Shown one piece after another: positions 21,644 through 32,066 of a stretch of 64,000 nucleotides of DNA. The stretch is taken from IMG/VR virus record IMGVR_UViG_3300033146_001759, positions 1-64,000 of that record; one strand, given 5' to 3'. Source of the DNA: a virus. Numbering within the stretch: position 1 is the stretch's first letter; every line of letters begins with the position of its first letter. Both the position numbers and the translations under genes were made by a program. Under the pieces are notes generated by a model. The model was not told the origin of the DNA. It saw nothing but the letters and a program-made list of their open reading frames with translations, and ran no database searches.

Positions 21644-24600
21644 ATGCCAATACAAAATAAAGATTTAGGTAAATATGATAGACCAGATATATTTATCAAT
21701 GAAATCAACGATTCTTTTATTGATTTACCACAACAAGATACATTAATAAACTTAGTTCCTGGATTTTCAAAAAATGGACCGGTTATGACACCAGAAAAAG
21801 TATCTACACCAGATGAATTTAAAAAAATATTTGGAGATATAGATAAAGGACTTGAAAGAAAAGGTTCATTTTTTCACAGAACATGTTTAAAAATGTTAGA
21901 ATCTGGACCAATATACGCATTAAATTTATTATTAACAAATGATGATAGAGATAAAGCAAATTGGAAATCAATATCTTGTGCATCAAATTATAAAAATGAC
22001 ATAACTAAAAATATGCCATATTCAAGATTATTTAATAGACAAGATTTTTGGAAAAAAGATTCTGAAACATTCTTAGATTATGTTAATGATCCACAAGTAG
22101 ATTATGATAGAGTTTTACATTTATCTAACTTAGGTAATAAAGTAACTACTACATTTATTTTCAAATCAAAAATAAAGGGGTTTGATATAACTGCTGAAGA
22201 TTGGTATAATGGTAAAACTAATGTACCACAATATATTAACAATAAAGATTGGGTATCTGATTATATCGTATCTGTATTAGTATTAGATGGTGATTGGACA
22301 CAATATGATAATTTATCTTCTGATCAACGTTGGGGGAATTATTTTACAAAAGATGGTTTAGATAAAAATAAAGTACAAAATTTTGTTGATGAACCAACTG
22401 TTAATACATTAGCTTATTATGATGCATCATTAATACCTTACTTTAAAGATTTTAGTGATAGAGATATGTATATTAAAAATTTAATTAATAATGACACAAA
22501 TAAAACTGGTCTTTTTTGTGCATATTTTGAAGATGAAATTTTAGATGCTGATTTTCCAATTGGTAAAATAGATTTAATTGGACAAAACTTAGTAGGAGAG
22601 AATATATCAACTGATATTAATTTCTTATCATATAAAGAATCAATAGCCGAAAATATCACATATAATGAAACAGATTTAGATGATATAGGAAACGTTTTCG
22701 GTAATTATGCTATTTTAAAAGATGAATTTGTTGCTGGTTCAAATAGAACTGCAAGATATACAAACCATTATGTAAATGGTATGACAATCGGAAATACTGG
22801 TAGTATGATATTTAAAGAAGTTATTAGTTTTTCAGCACCATCTACAATAAGTTTAGCTAGTGCTGGTGCTAATATAAATGATAAAATATTCTTTAATAAA
22901 GATTATGATTCAATAATTGGATTCAATGAAACAAAAGCATATTATATCAAATCTATATCTGGTAGTGAGATAACAATATCTGAATCTATTGGTGGACCAA
23001 CATTAACATTTGTTAGTGGAACTAAAAGTGATATGTATGTAACAAGCATTAAACACGATTACACTGCAACCGGAACACCATCGGATCCAGCATATTTTAA
23101 TATTTCTAATACATCATATAGTATTTTAAGTGGAGCATCATTAAATATACAATTAGATCCTATATATTTTGATGATAATATACAATCATTTGAAAGATAC
23201 GATATATTATATTTATCAAGAGAAAATGATGCTAAAATACACATATTAAAAGGTGACCAATCAGAAGAAAATTCAACTGCACAAAAACCATATTTCACTT
23301 TAGATTATAATGAACATATAATACTAGGTGTTATAAAAATCAGTTTAGTTAGTGGTGTATTAAATACTTCATATAATGGCATAACAATAAGTAATACTGG
23401 ATATATACCATTTAATCTAAATATATCTAGTGGGACAACAACATCAAATTATATATCAATCGAATTTAATGGTACTAATGGGGTAACTGATTATACTAAT
23501 TATATGCAAATAAGAAATAGAAATAAATATGATGAAATAGAAAAAAACCTATTAAATGGTAAAGGAGTATTAATATCAAATAATGATGCAAGTAAATATT
23601 ATATAACAAATACAAATTTAACTACAATTGATTATAATAATACATCAAATGCTACAATAAAAATTTATGGTATGGATAATGCATCTGATTATTATTCAAC
23701 TAGTGATCTATTATTATATTATATTGATAATGAATTTAATACACCAAATTCATTTAAATACATCAAATCATTAACAGTTAATACATCAGCAGATACTGCT
23801 ATTATTGGTAAATATTCTAATTTATATCAAGATTATTACAATGGACAAATAAACAATGGTGATATTATTTATTTAAATAATAATACTGGGACTACTATTT
23901 CTAATAATAATATTCCAATAAATGGTTATTTTATAGATGATTTATTATCAATTGATTTAGATTCATTTATAATTGATTTTGATACTACTTATGATAAAAA
24001 AATAATCATAAAATCAAATAATTCATCATATAAACAAACTGTTGAAATTGAAAAAACTATACCGGCTGATATATTAAACCCAATGGAAACAACATATTCT
24101 ATTAAAGTTGATAAAAATAGATATAATGAATTAATTAGGGGTGAATTTTTAGAAGCATATTACAATGTTAATGATTTAGTATATGGTGAATCACCAAAAA
24201 CATTAACTAGAATTATTAAAGTACAAAATGATTTAGATGATGAATCACTAAAAATATTAACTTGTGATGCACCAATAAATTTAACAGAATATCCTATTGG
24301 TAGTAGAAAATTTAATACTATGACATATCCAACAATTGATAAATATGTTAAAACATATAAAGGTATTAAATTAACACCATTTATAATTAGTCCAGAATCT
24401 ATACCTAACGGTACAGAAGAAAGACAATCTAATATTTTAAATTTATTACACCCTAACACTAATTTAGGTAAAGGATTAATAAATAAAAATAAAATACAAT
24501 GGAGATATTTAATTGATAGTTTTGGACTTGGTTTAACATCAAACTCAAAACAACAATATGCTGATTTATTAGGTAAAAAATTAAATTCATTTGGATTTAT

Positions 24601-25399
24601 TTCTGCACCATCTGTAAAAACATTTAAAAAATCAACAAACCCAAGTTTTATAAATGATGATAAAACATTAAACACAAATTATTTGAAAACTGGTGGAGAT
24701 GAATTAAAAAACCCATCATTTTTATATAGTTTTGCAACCGGTGTAGGTAAATCAACAATAGGTTACTTCTTCCCATATATTAATGTTAATAATGATGGTA
24801 TTCCTAGTGATGTACCACCTGCAGCATATGTTGCAACAACATATATGCAAAAGTTCTTAACATCATCATCAGCAATCCAACCTTGGACAATAGCTGCTGG
24901 TATTAGTAATGGTAGATTAAATGGTGTTGGGGATGTTGAAATGGACTTCACTGATGAAGATTTATCAAATTTATATGGTATGGGATTAAATCCAATCGTT
25001 AAAAAAGCAAAAGCTGGATATTGCATAAATTCTGAATCAACAGCAGCAGTATTCCCATATTCTTCATTATCTGTTATACATTCAAGAGAAGTCTTAATAG
25101 AATTAGAAAATGCATTATATGATATGCTATTAAGATACCAATGGAGATTTAATACTGGAGCAATTAGAGCAGAAATAAAATATAAAGCTGATAAGATTTG
25201 TCAAGATATTGAAAATAGAGATGGTTTATATTATTATAATAATGTTATTGATGAAACTAACAATACTAATTATATTATTGATTTACAAATGGGTGTATTA
25301 TATACATACATAGAAATAATTAAAGGTATGGGTATCATCGTAAATAACATTACTATTTTAAAGAAAGGTGATATTCAATCTGGTGGATTTTCATCTTAA
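21644..25399 (+). CDS. tail sheath protein (T4 gp18-like), 1251 aa
   Basis: RPDIFINE, GFSKNGP, FKKIFG; C-terminal PW..AAG..NG, NPI, SREVLI.LE, FN..AIR, IDETNNT..IID. Confidence 0.88.
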   Translation: MPIQNKDLGKYDRPDIFINEINDSFIDLPQQDTLINLVPGFSKNGPVMTPEKVSTPDEFKKIFGDIDKGLERKGSFFHRTCLKMLESGPIYALNLLLTNDDRDKANWKSISCASNYKNDITKNMPYSRLFNRQDFWKKDSETFLDYVNDPQVDYDRVLHLSNLGNKVTTTFIFKSKIKGFDITAEDWYNGKTNVPQYINNKDWVSDYIVSVLVLDGDWTQYDNLSSDQRWGNYFTKDGLDKNKVQNFVDEPTVNTLAYYDASLIPYFKDFSDRDMYIKNLINNDTNKTGLFCAYFEDEILDADFPIGKIDLIGQNLVGENISTDINFLSYKESIAENITYNETDLDDIGNVFGNYAILKDEFVAGSNRTARYTNHYVNGMTIGNTGSMIFKEVISFSAPSTISLASAGANINDKIFFNKDYDSIIGFNETKAYYIKSISGSEITISESIGGPTLTFVSGTKSDMYVTSIKHDYTATGTPSDPAYFNISNTSYSILSGASLNIQLDPIYFDDNIQSFERYDILYLSRENDAKIHILKGDQSEENSTAQKPYFTLDYNEHIILGVIKISLVSGVLNTSYNGITISNTGYIPFNLNISSGTTTSNYISIEFNGTNGVTDYTNYMQIRNRNKYDEIEKNLLNGKGVLISNNDASKYYITNTNLTTIDYNNTSNATIKIYGMDNASDYYSTSDLLLYYIDNEFNTPNSFKYIKSLTVNTSADTAIIGKYSNLYQDYYNGQINNGDIIYLNNNTGTTISNNNIPINGYFIDDLLSIDLDSFIIDFDTTYDKKIIIKSNNSSYKQTVEIEKTIPADILNPMETTYSIKVDKNRYNELIRGEFLEAYYNVNDLVYGESPKTLTRIIKVQNDLDDESLKILTCDAPINLTEYPIGSRKFNTMTYPTIDKYVKTYKGIKLTPFIISPESIPNGTEERQSNILNLLHPNTNLGKGLINKNKIQWRYLIDSFGLGLTSNSKQQYADLLGKKLNSFGFISAPSVKTFKKSTNPSFINDDKTLNTNYLKTGGDELKNPSFLYSFATGVGKSTIGYFFPYINVNNDGIPSDVPPAAYVATTYMQKFLTSSSAIQPWTIAAGISNGRLNGVGDVEMDFTDEDLSNLYGMGLNPIVKKAKAGYCINSESTAAVFPYSSLSVIHSREVLIELENALYDMLLRYQWRFNTGAIRAEIKYKADKICQDIENRDGLYYYNNVIDETNNTNYIIDLQMGVLYTYIEIIKGMGIIVNNITILKKGDIQSGGFSS

Positions 25400-25415
25400 A
25401 ATTTAAGTTTATATA

Positions 25416-25451
25416 AAAAAAAAAGAGTGATTTTTTAATTACTCTTTTTTT
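25416..25451 (+). terminator. intrinsic terminator
   Basis: A-run-GAGTGATT...AATTACTC-T-run after the sheath gene. Confidence 0.7.
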
Positions 25452-25503
25452 ATTGGTTTTTTTTTGTACCTTTGCATTAAATATAAATATAAATATAAAT
25501 ATT

Positions 25504-25755
25504 ATGAAATTATCAGATTGGATTATAATTGATGGTTACTGTGCAACAAAAGTATTAGAAGGTACAGATCACAATAATGTAGAAAATAGAGTTGCTTTTA
25601 TAGAAAAAAGCCCACGTATTAGAGTAGCACCATTTAACGGTGATGAAGATTGGAAAAACTGGAAATATGGAGACAAAGGAAGTGAATACGGTAAAGATAT
25701 AGAAAGTAGAGAATGGTGTGACAATGAACTCATAAAACTTGGATATACACTTTAA
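25504..25755 (+). CDS. hypothetical early protein (start revised to 25504)
   Basis: TACCTTTG at 25467 lies inside the called 5' extension. Confidence 0.6.
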   Translation: MKLSDWIIIDGYCATKVLEGTDHNNVENRVAFIEKSPRIRVAPFNGDEDWKNWKYGDKGSEYGKDIESREWCDNELIKLGYTL

Positions 25756-25789
25756 AAAAATTAACAACAACAAACTAAATAATATAAAT

Positions 25790-26005
25790 ATGAATATTGA
25801 ATTAAGTGATAAATTAATTGCAATTTTTTCAACACCTAATACTATAAAAATTGAAAAAGTGAAAAGAACCCATGGTGAAAAAAAGTTTTTTAAATATATA
25901 TGGGAAATCAATGGAGTAAAAACAACAAATTGGGGTGGATTTGATACATTGGAAAGCTGTATTGATAATTGTTTAGAATGGATAGTTATTAAATCATTAC
26001 AATAA
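25790..26005 (+). CDS. hypothetical protein (start likely MNIELSDK)
   Basis: ORF following the previous gene. Confidence 0.5.
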   Translation: MNIELSDKLIAIFSTPNTIKIEKVKRTHGEKKFFKYIWEINGVKTTNWGGFDTLESCIDNCLEWIVIKSLQ

Positions 26006-26023
26006 TGATAAGAACATATACAC

Positions 26024-26570
26024 AAAAAAAGAGAGTTATTAAAAACAACTCTCTTTTTATTTATATATATAGAAAATATTATATATACTTTAAAAATGAG
26101 AAAACAAATTAATAATTTTACACAATGGACAAAGAAACAATTAAATGAAATTAATAACTCACATTTAATAGAAGTAATACCCAATAAATACATATATCAT
26201 ACATCAAATCCTATATTTAGAGATAAAATTAGAGAGATGGGATTAATACCAAAAAATAAGAGTGAAACTTGGTTATCAGACACAAAGATAAACGGTAAAG
26301 TTATATTTGCAGTTAATAGTGATAATAAAGTTGAGTGGTGGGATTCAACATATGATGATGATATTTATCAAATAGATACCGACTTACTCAATAATAAATG
26401 GTATAATGACCCTAATTTCGGTTTAGATAATAAGCGTATTATCACATTTAATTCTATACCAATTAATGCAATTAAACTAATATATAGGGGGTCATATTCA
26501 AATAACATATAACCTTTTTATAAAGTTATAATAAAAAAAAGAGAGTTATTAAAAATAACTCTCTTTTTAT
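26024..26570. repeat. 37-bp direct repeat of a hairpin terminator flanking one gene
   Basis: aaaaaaagagagttattaaaaa(c/t)aactctctttttat at 26024-26060 and 26534-26570. Confidence 0.85.
26096..26512 (+). CDS. ART/KptA-like NAD-binding domain protein, CTS-like start
   Basis: YIYHTS...DKI..MGLIP, VIF, IYQID, IP.NAI. Confidence 0.45.
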   Translation: MRKQINNFTQWTKKQLNEINNSHLIEVIPNKYIYHTSNPIFRDKIREMGLIPKNKSETWLSDTKINGKVIFAVNSDNKVEWWDSTYDDDIYQIDTDLLNNKWYNDPNFGLDNKRIITFNSIPINAIKLIYRGSYSNNI

Positions 26571-26588
26571 ATTATTAGTGATTAACTA

Positions 26589-28283
26589 TTAAATTAATAC
26601 ACCACCATTATCAGTAACTTTGATACTCATATATTGCTTCCAAGGGAAGAATCCTATATCAGATATAGCATATCTACTTCTGATTAACATTCTTGGAGCC
26701 CAAGTTGCTTCAGAAATTAAGCTAATTGATTGTGCCATTAAATAAGGAATAAATACTAAACCTGGTTGATCAACACTATTCTTTCTTCCTAAGAAGATTC
26801 TGTTATCATCCCATCTCATATATGGATCAACATATATTGCAATTTGACCAATTGAACCCATTGGGTATAATTGTCCGTTTGTATTCATTTTACTCATTGT
26901 TGGAGGGTTTAAAGTATAACCAGCAACATCTTGTAATACAGATGCCATGTTACCATTAGTAACTAAATATTGTGCTGGACCTACTCTACCATCAGTAGCA
27001 ATAAAGTTAGATGCATTATTAATCTTAGCGATTAATTTTCTTTGAATTGAGTGATAAGTTTCACCACCTGGTGCATTTCCACCTAATGATGTATAAGCAT
27101 CAACATCAAAATCAAATTTTGAATTACCTGCAGCATCTTTTGGTGCAGTATGAGAATTTCTATTTTCCTCAGCTAAAACTTCAATTTTAGCAACGATTTG
27201 TTTAGAAATTGTTTGTGTTAGTTCGTTAATTAAAACTGATTCTAATTTTTGAACAATATCCATACCAGTTGAAGCTTTAATATCTTCAATCTGAGTTCTT
27301 TTAAGTGTTGAAGAAATTTCAATATCACCTACTTTTACAGATTTAGTGAATACGTCTGGTCCTATAACTCCTGGATATGTATTTTCGTCTTGCTCTCTTG
27401 ACATTGGATCATTGTTGTTCCAACCAGCAGAGAAACCTGGTAATTGGTCTTCCATTGTTGATACTAATTCAATATCAGTCATTGTTAATGCAACAGTATC
27501 ACCTGATAATAACATTGAACTACCACTTAATTGTGCTAATGCAGATGAACCAGGTAAGAATGTATTTCTTGCTTGATTATAATCATATGCAGCAACATTT
27601 GAATGTGCAGCCATTTGTCTAAATGTTCTAAACATTGGTTTACCATCTACTCTTGAGAATCCTAAGAACTCTAACCAACCTTTTTTAGAATCTTTAATTG
27701 GATTTAAAGTAACATCTACCATTGCAGCAGTACCACCAGAGAAATCTAAGAATAATCTCTTATCAATTCCACCAATTAATTCGTGAATTTTTTGCTCTTC
27801 TAATTCTTGCATAATAGCATCAACTAAAACTTTTTGTTCTGCTGGTGTATTAAATTTGAATTTGAATACTAATGGTTTTTCATCAGCTTCTTCTGGGTGT
27901 CCGTGACCTTCTGGATTATTATCATATTTAAAATCTACGAATAATAATTCAATTCTTGGAGATGAAGATGGCTTAACAGCTACTAAATCTAAACCGATTG
28001 TTTGTGCAGCAATTTTCATTGATACTGGTAAAAGGTTTTGAGCTACATCACCTGAACCTTGTACAGAACCTCTCATATCACCTGGTGTAGTTGACATAAC
28101 TGGTGCTTGAACAGCTCCCATTCCATAAGTGTTACCTAATGTAGAATAAGCTACGTTCTCATTCATTTGGTGCATTTCTGCATACTCTGATAACCATGCT
28201 TGTTTCTCAGTATCCATCACATTTAATGATTCTAATACTAATTTCCATTTTTTTTGTGCTTTCGCATTATCTACTATAAACAT
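26589..28283 (-). CDS. major capsid protein (T4 gp23-like)
   Basis: IAAQTIGLDLVAVKP, LINELTQTI, YVDPY, FIPY, PRMLIRSRYA. Confidence 0.92.
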   Translation of the reverse strand: MFIVDNAKAQKKWKLVLESLNVMDTEKQAWLSEYAEMHQMNENVAYSTLGNTYGMGAVQAPVMSTTPGDMRGSVQGSGDVAQNLLPVSMKIAAQTIGLDLVAVKPSSSPRIELLFVDFKYDNNPEGHGHPEEADEKPLVFKFKFNTPAEQKVLVDAIMQELEEQKIHELIGGIDKRLFLDFSGGTAAMVDVTLNPIKDSKKGWLEFLGFSRVDGKPMFRTFRQMAAHSNVAAYDYNQARNTFLPGSSALAQLSGSSMLLSGDTVALTMTDIELVSTMEDQLPGFSAGWNNNDPMSREQDENTYPGVIGPDVFTKSVKVGDIEISSTLKRTQIEDIKASTGMDIVQKLESVLINELTQTISKQIVAKIEVLAEENRNSHTAPKDAAGNSKFDFDVDAYTSLGGNAPGGETYHSIQRKLIAKINNASNFIATDGRVGPAQYLVTNGNMASVLQDVAGYTLNPPTMSKMNTNGQLYPMGSIGQIAIYVDPYMRWDDNRIFLGRKNSVDQPGLVFIPYLMAQSISLISEATWAPRMLIRSRYAISDIGFFPWKQYMSIKVTDNGGVLI

Positions 28284-28356
28284 ATTATTTATTTTTTTTT
28301 ATTATATATAAACTCAAAAAATCAACTTTTTTCCATTTTTTGACTATATATAAGAT

Positions 28357-30951
28357 TTATCTCTCCAAATTTTTAAATTTAGCGATAAATGAATCAATTT
28401 CCTCGTCAGTTAAACTTGAATTATCAATTACATTATCATTTAAAATAGTTTTGGTTTCGTTAATCATTGTATAATTTACAAGATTTCTACTTTCCCAAAA
28501 TTTTTCCATTTTTAATGAATTATTCATTGATGGATAAAGTTTTGCTTGACTAAGAATACTTACTTTCATCTTTTCATCTATTTTTTCCCATGCAGGAATT
28601 AATGAAGATGGAATATTTGATATTAATTCTTCTTCAAATGATATAGATGGTGTAAGTGTTTCGTTGATTGCAACTAATAATTGTGCTTCAGAATAGATTG
28701 GTGTTTTGCTTTCGTTTATTGCAAAGATAACTTTCTCTTTATCTTCTTCTGCTAAATCATGCCATGCTTTCTTTTTGTTCTCTGTTAAAAATTGAACAAA
28801 ATGTGGATCTTTAACCTCAGACGCTTTTCGTTTCTTAGTTTCTAAAATTAATTTCTCTATTTGTGTTGTTAATTGTTTTGTATTTTCTAATGAATCATCT
28901 CCTGTAAAATTAATTTTACTTTCATGAACTTCTTCCATATCACCAGTATTTACTTTTATTGTATAAAAACCAGTTTCTGGATTTGATGCTACTATTTCAC
29001 CCATTGTTCCATCATCTCCAAAGGATACAACAGAATTATTAGCATATTTTGTTGGATTTAAATCATCACCTTCAACAGAATTTGGCATTTCTGCGTTTGG
29101 TAATTGTGCTTGAATATTATTATCTATTGGTGCATCTTCTAAACCAACTAGCTGCACATCATCAACTGACTGCACACCATCAACTGGTTCACCTACTACA
29201 CCATCAACTGGCGCATCTTGAACACCATCAACTGGAGCTTGTACTTGTGTATCTTGAACATCATCAACTGGTGCATCTTGAACACCATCAACCGGAGCTT
29301 GTACTTGTGTTTGTACTTCACCAGCTACTTGAACAGGTGCATCTACACCATCAACTAATGCTTGTACATCACTACCATTAACTTGTGCTTGTGCTTGAAC
29401 ATTTGGTTTAACAAAATCATCATCTTCATCATAATATTTTGTATAATCATCTATTTGTGTCATATTAGGAACACTTACTGGTCCACCAGCACCCTCAGTT
29501 AACATATTATTATTAATAGCATCCACAGTATTATCTAATGATTCAGCTATATAGTTCATATATGCTTTACTATCTGATACATTTTCTGCGATATACTCAG
29601 AATATGCGATATTATTATCAACGTGTTCTGCGATATATTCAGAATATGCGATATTATTATCAACGTGTTCTGCGATATACTCAGAATAATCAATTGTTTT
29701 ATCTAAATTTTCTGCTAAGTATTCAGAATATGCAATATTATTATCTAAATTTTCTGCTAAGTATTCAGAATATGCAATATTATTATCTAAATTTTCTGCG
29801 ATATATTCAGAATATGCGATATTTTTATCTAAATTTTCTGCGATATACTCAGAATAATCATTTGATTTTTCAATAGATTCTGCTAAATAATCTGAATATT
29901 TAATATTACTATCAACGTGTTCAGCTATATATTCAGAAAAATCAATATTTTTATCTAGTGTTTCAGCTATATATTCAGAATAATTAATATTCTTATCTAA
30001 TTCTTCAGCTAAATATTCAGAATAATTAATATTCTTATTTAAATTTTCAGTTAAATGATCACTATGCGTAATTAATTTTTCTGTTGTTTCTTTCAAAGTA
30101 ATATTTTCATTAACTACAAACTGAATTTGTTCAGTAAGATAATTTAAATATTGTGTTACTTTTTGTTGTTGTTCTTGTAATAATTCTTGAGTTTCTGCTA
30201 AAGTTCTTATTTGCTCTGGTGAAACTTTTCCATTTTTTACACTTTCGTTGATTTGAATACTAATTTTATTCATTTCTCCATTTAAATACTCTGAGTATTC
30301 GTCTAATTGTTTTCCGGTAACATACTCATTGTTGTTATTCTCCATGATTAATTCATTAAATTTTGACTCGTTTGTTAACTCATATATTCTATAATTAGAA
30401 TTATTTGTTGACAAACCAAGTGATTCATTTATAGATGTCATTTTTGCAGTTCCAAAACCTGGATCGGCAACAGCATCATAAGTGAAAAGTTTCTTTACAG
30501 AAACATGTCCATTACTTTCAGTTACCCCAGCAGCTCTTGAAGAAACAAAAATAGGCAAACCATCATTGATAATTGCCTGTGCTTCTTTACCCCAGCGAGT
30601 ATTAAGTAATCTAATTTGACCATCAATTCTATTTGCTTCTTTATTATACCATACATTCTCAATAATGTGAGAAGCTCTTGATAATGAAGTATCAAATACA
30701 TCAGGATGATCAAACTCACCAAATATAACCCCAAGAGTATTTTTTCTCTCGATAAGCTCATTTAAATGAGGTACAAATTTATCAGCAGTATAAATTCTAT
30801 CATTACGGTTCATAACATCAAATTCAGTGAAGATACCACCAAGTAAATATTGTGGTTGTCCCTGTGCGTTTAATTTAGTTGCACTTTCATTTAATTTTAA
30901 ACCGGATAAAGAATTTTCTATGATAAGAACGTGTTTATTAACCTGATTCAT
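28357..30951 (-). CDS. prohead protease (gp21-like) fused to core scaffold (gp22-like)
   Basis: GIF..FD..NRNDRIY, GEFDHP, SH, VSSRAAG, YDAVADPGF, then long acidic repeat/coiled-coil region. Confidence 0.88.
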   Translation of the reverse strand: MNQVNKHVLIIENSLSGLKLNESATKLNAQGQPQYLLGGIFTEFDVMNRNDRIYTADKFVPHLNELIERKNTLGVIFGEFDHPDVFDTSLSRASHIIENVWYNKEANRIDGQIRLLNTRWGKEAQAIINDGLPIFVSSRAAGVTESNGHVSVKKLFTYDAVADPGFGTAKMTSINESLGLSTNNSNYRIYELTNESKFNELIMENNNNEYVTGKQLDEYSEYLNGEMNKISIQINESVKNGKVSPEQIRTLAETQELLQEQQQKVTQYLNYLTEQIQFVVNENITLKETTEKLITHSDHLTENLNKNINYSEYLAEELDKNINYSEYIAETLDKNIDFSEYIAEHVDSNIKYSDYLAESIEKSNDYSEYIAENLDKNIAYSEYIAENLDNNIAYSEYLAENLDNNIAYSEYLAENLDKTIDYSEYIAEHVDNNIAYSEYIAEHVDNNIAYSEYIAENVSDSKAYMNYIAESLDNTVDAINNNMLTEGAGGPVSVPNMTQIDDYTKYYDEDDDFVKPNVQAQAQVNGSDVQALVDGVDAPVQVAGEVQTQVQAPVDGVQDAPVDDVQDTQVQAPVDGVQDAPVDGVVGEPVDGVQSVDDVQLVGLEDAPIDNNIQAQLPNAEMPNSVEGDDLNPTKYANNSVVSFGDDGTMGEIVASNPETGFYTIKVNTGDMEEVHESKINFTGDDSLENTKQLTTQIEKLILETKKRKASEVKDPHFVQFLTENKKKAWHDLAEEDKEKVIFAINESKTPIYSEAQLLVAINETLTPSISFEEELISNIPSSLIPAWEKIDEKMKVSILSQAKLYPSMNNSLKMEKFWESRNLVNYTMINETKTILNDNVIDNSSLTDEEIDSFIAKFKNLER
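29150..29400 (-). repeat. low-complexity coding repeat (APVDGVQD / QVQ)
   Basis: Repeated acaccatcaactgg units. Confidence 0.75.
29535..30045 (-). repeat. 12 tandem 42-bp coding repeats (NIAYSEYIAENLDK)
   Basis: Visible in DNA and protein. Confidence 0.9.
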
Positions 30952-31037
30952 ATTTTTTTTTTTCTTTTATATATTAAGATAAAAAACACTTTTTTTTCTA
31001 TTTTATAATATGATTCAAAAGCTTTATAAAACGAACA

Positions 31038-31979
31038 CTATATCCAATCACTAGGAATAGAAGACCAATTTGTTATATTACTAATACCACCTGGCTCACA
31101 TTCGGTAAAACATTCTTCATGATTACTCACATTTGGCCAAAATATTGAATTCCAAAATTCTGGAACATCACCATTTAAATTATCACAAAACCTAAATATT
31201 TGATGAAAATTATTTATATTCGTATTATTTGAAAATAATGTACTTGATATTGTTGTTAAATTACGACAATTATTAAACATACTATCTACATTTTCTAAAT
31301 TATTATAGTATTTAAATAAATCTTGTGGTATTGTTAATATACCACTTGAACTAAATATCGCAAACATATTCGTTATATTTGATAACCCTTTAAATGCTGT
31401 TGAATCAACACTAATTAATTCTGAACAATCTTGAAAACATTGTTTAATATCTGTCAATAAAGTACAACCTTTAAATAAATCTGCTGGAATACTTGTTATT
31501 TTTGTACTAGCAAATCCCTTATCATAATAACCAAATGATTCAGATGCATCATCAATATATTTAAAACTACTATTTGGATTATTTGGTGGTAACTCATTTA
31601 ATGCCGATTCAGTAAAATTTATATATTTTAATTTTGATACATTTGGGTATCCAAAAGATATAACTTTTCTTATTTTATTATCATTATATCCAAATTTTAG
31701 TGCTTCCCATTTACCTCTAATACTTACTCTTTTTATTCCAAAAATTATATATGTATGACCAATACTATTATTTGAACCTATTTGATTAATATATTCACTT
31801 GAACCATCACCCCAATCAATTATCGCATCAAACTCATATCCATTTAATAATAACATAGATAACTCTAAATCATTTGATGGGATTTCAAATTCCAACTCAA
31901 TTTTAAAATCATCTTTTGTTAGAAAAGCACCACCAAGACCAACGAACCCACTACCTATTTTTAATCTACTAAAAATCAT
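31038..31979 (-). CDS. PKD-like domain plus BspA/DUF285-like leucine-rich repeats
   Basis: IDWGDGS, HTY; SIPADLFKGCT.L, MFNNCRNL.TI...LF. Confidence 0.7.
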   Translation of the reverse strand: MIFSRLKIGSGFVGLGGAFLTKDDFKIELEFEIPSNDLELSMLLLNGYEFDAIIDWGDGSSEYINQIGSNNSIGHTYIIFGIKRVSIRGKWEALKFGYNDNKIRKVISFGYPNVSKLKYINFTESALNELPPNNPNSSFKYIDDASESFGYYDKGFASTKITSIPADLFKGCTLLTDIKQCFQDCSELISVDSTAFKGLSNITNMFAIFSSSGILTIPQDLFKYYNNLENVDSMFNNCRNLTTISSTLFSNNTNINNFHQIFRFCDNLNGDVPEFWNSIFWPNVSNHEECFTECEPGGISNITNWSSIPSDWI

Positions 31980-32066
31980 ATTCTCTGTTTTTTATGTATA
32001 TAAAAAAAAGTAAAAAAAAAAAGTAACACAATAAGTATTACTTTTTTTTTATTTTTTTTTAATTTA

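Noticed and set aside
21644-25399. Intein in the long sheath gene
   Set aside because: No recognisable splice-junction or LAGLIDADG motifs
25555-26193. 212-aa hydrophobic minus-strand ORF
   Set aside because: Antisense to three plus-strand genes and crosses a terminator; F/I/L richness reflects AT bias
29049-29876. Plus-strand ORFs with HHQL and YYY repeats
   Set aside because: Antisense shadows of the scaffold repeats
29535-30045. Regular 42-bp repeats as a CRISPR array
   Set aside because: No unique spacers; in-frame coding repeats inside the scaffold gene
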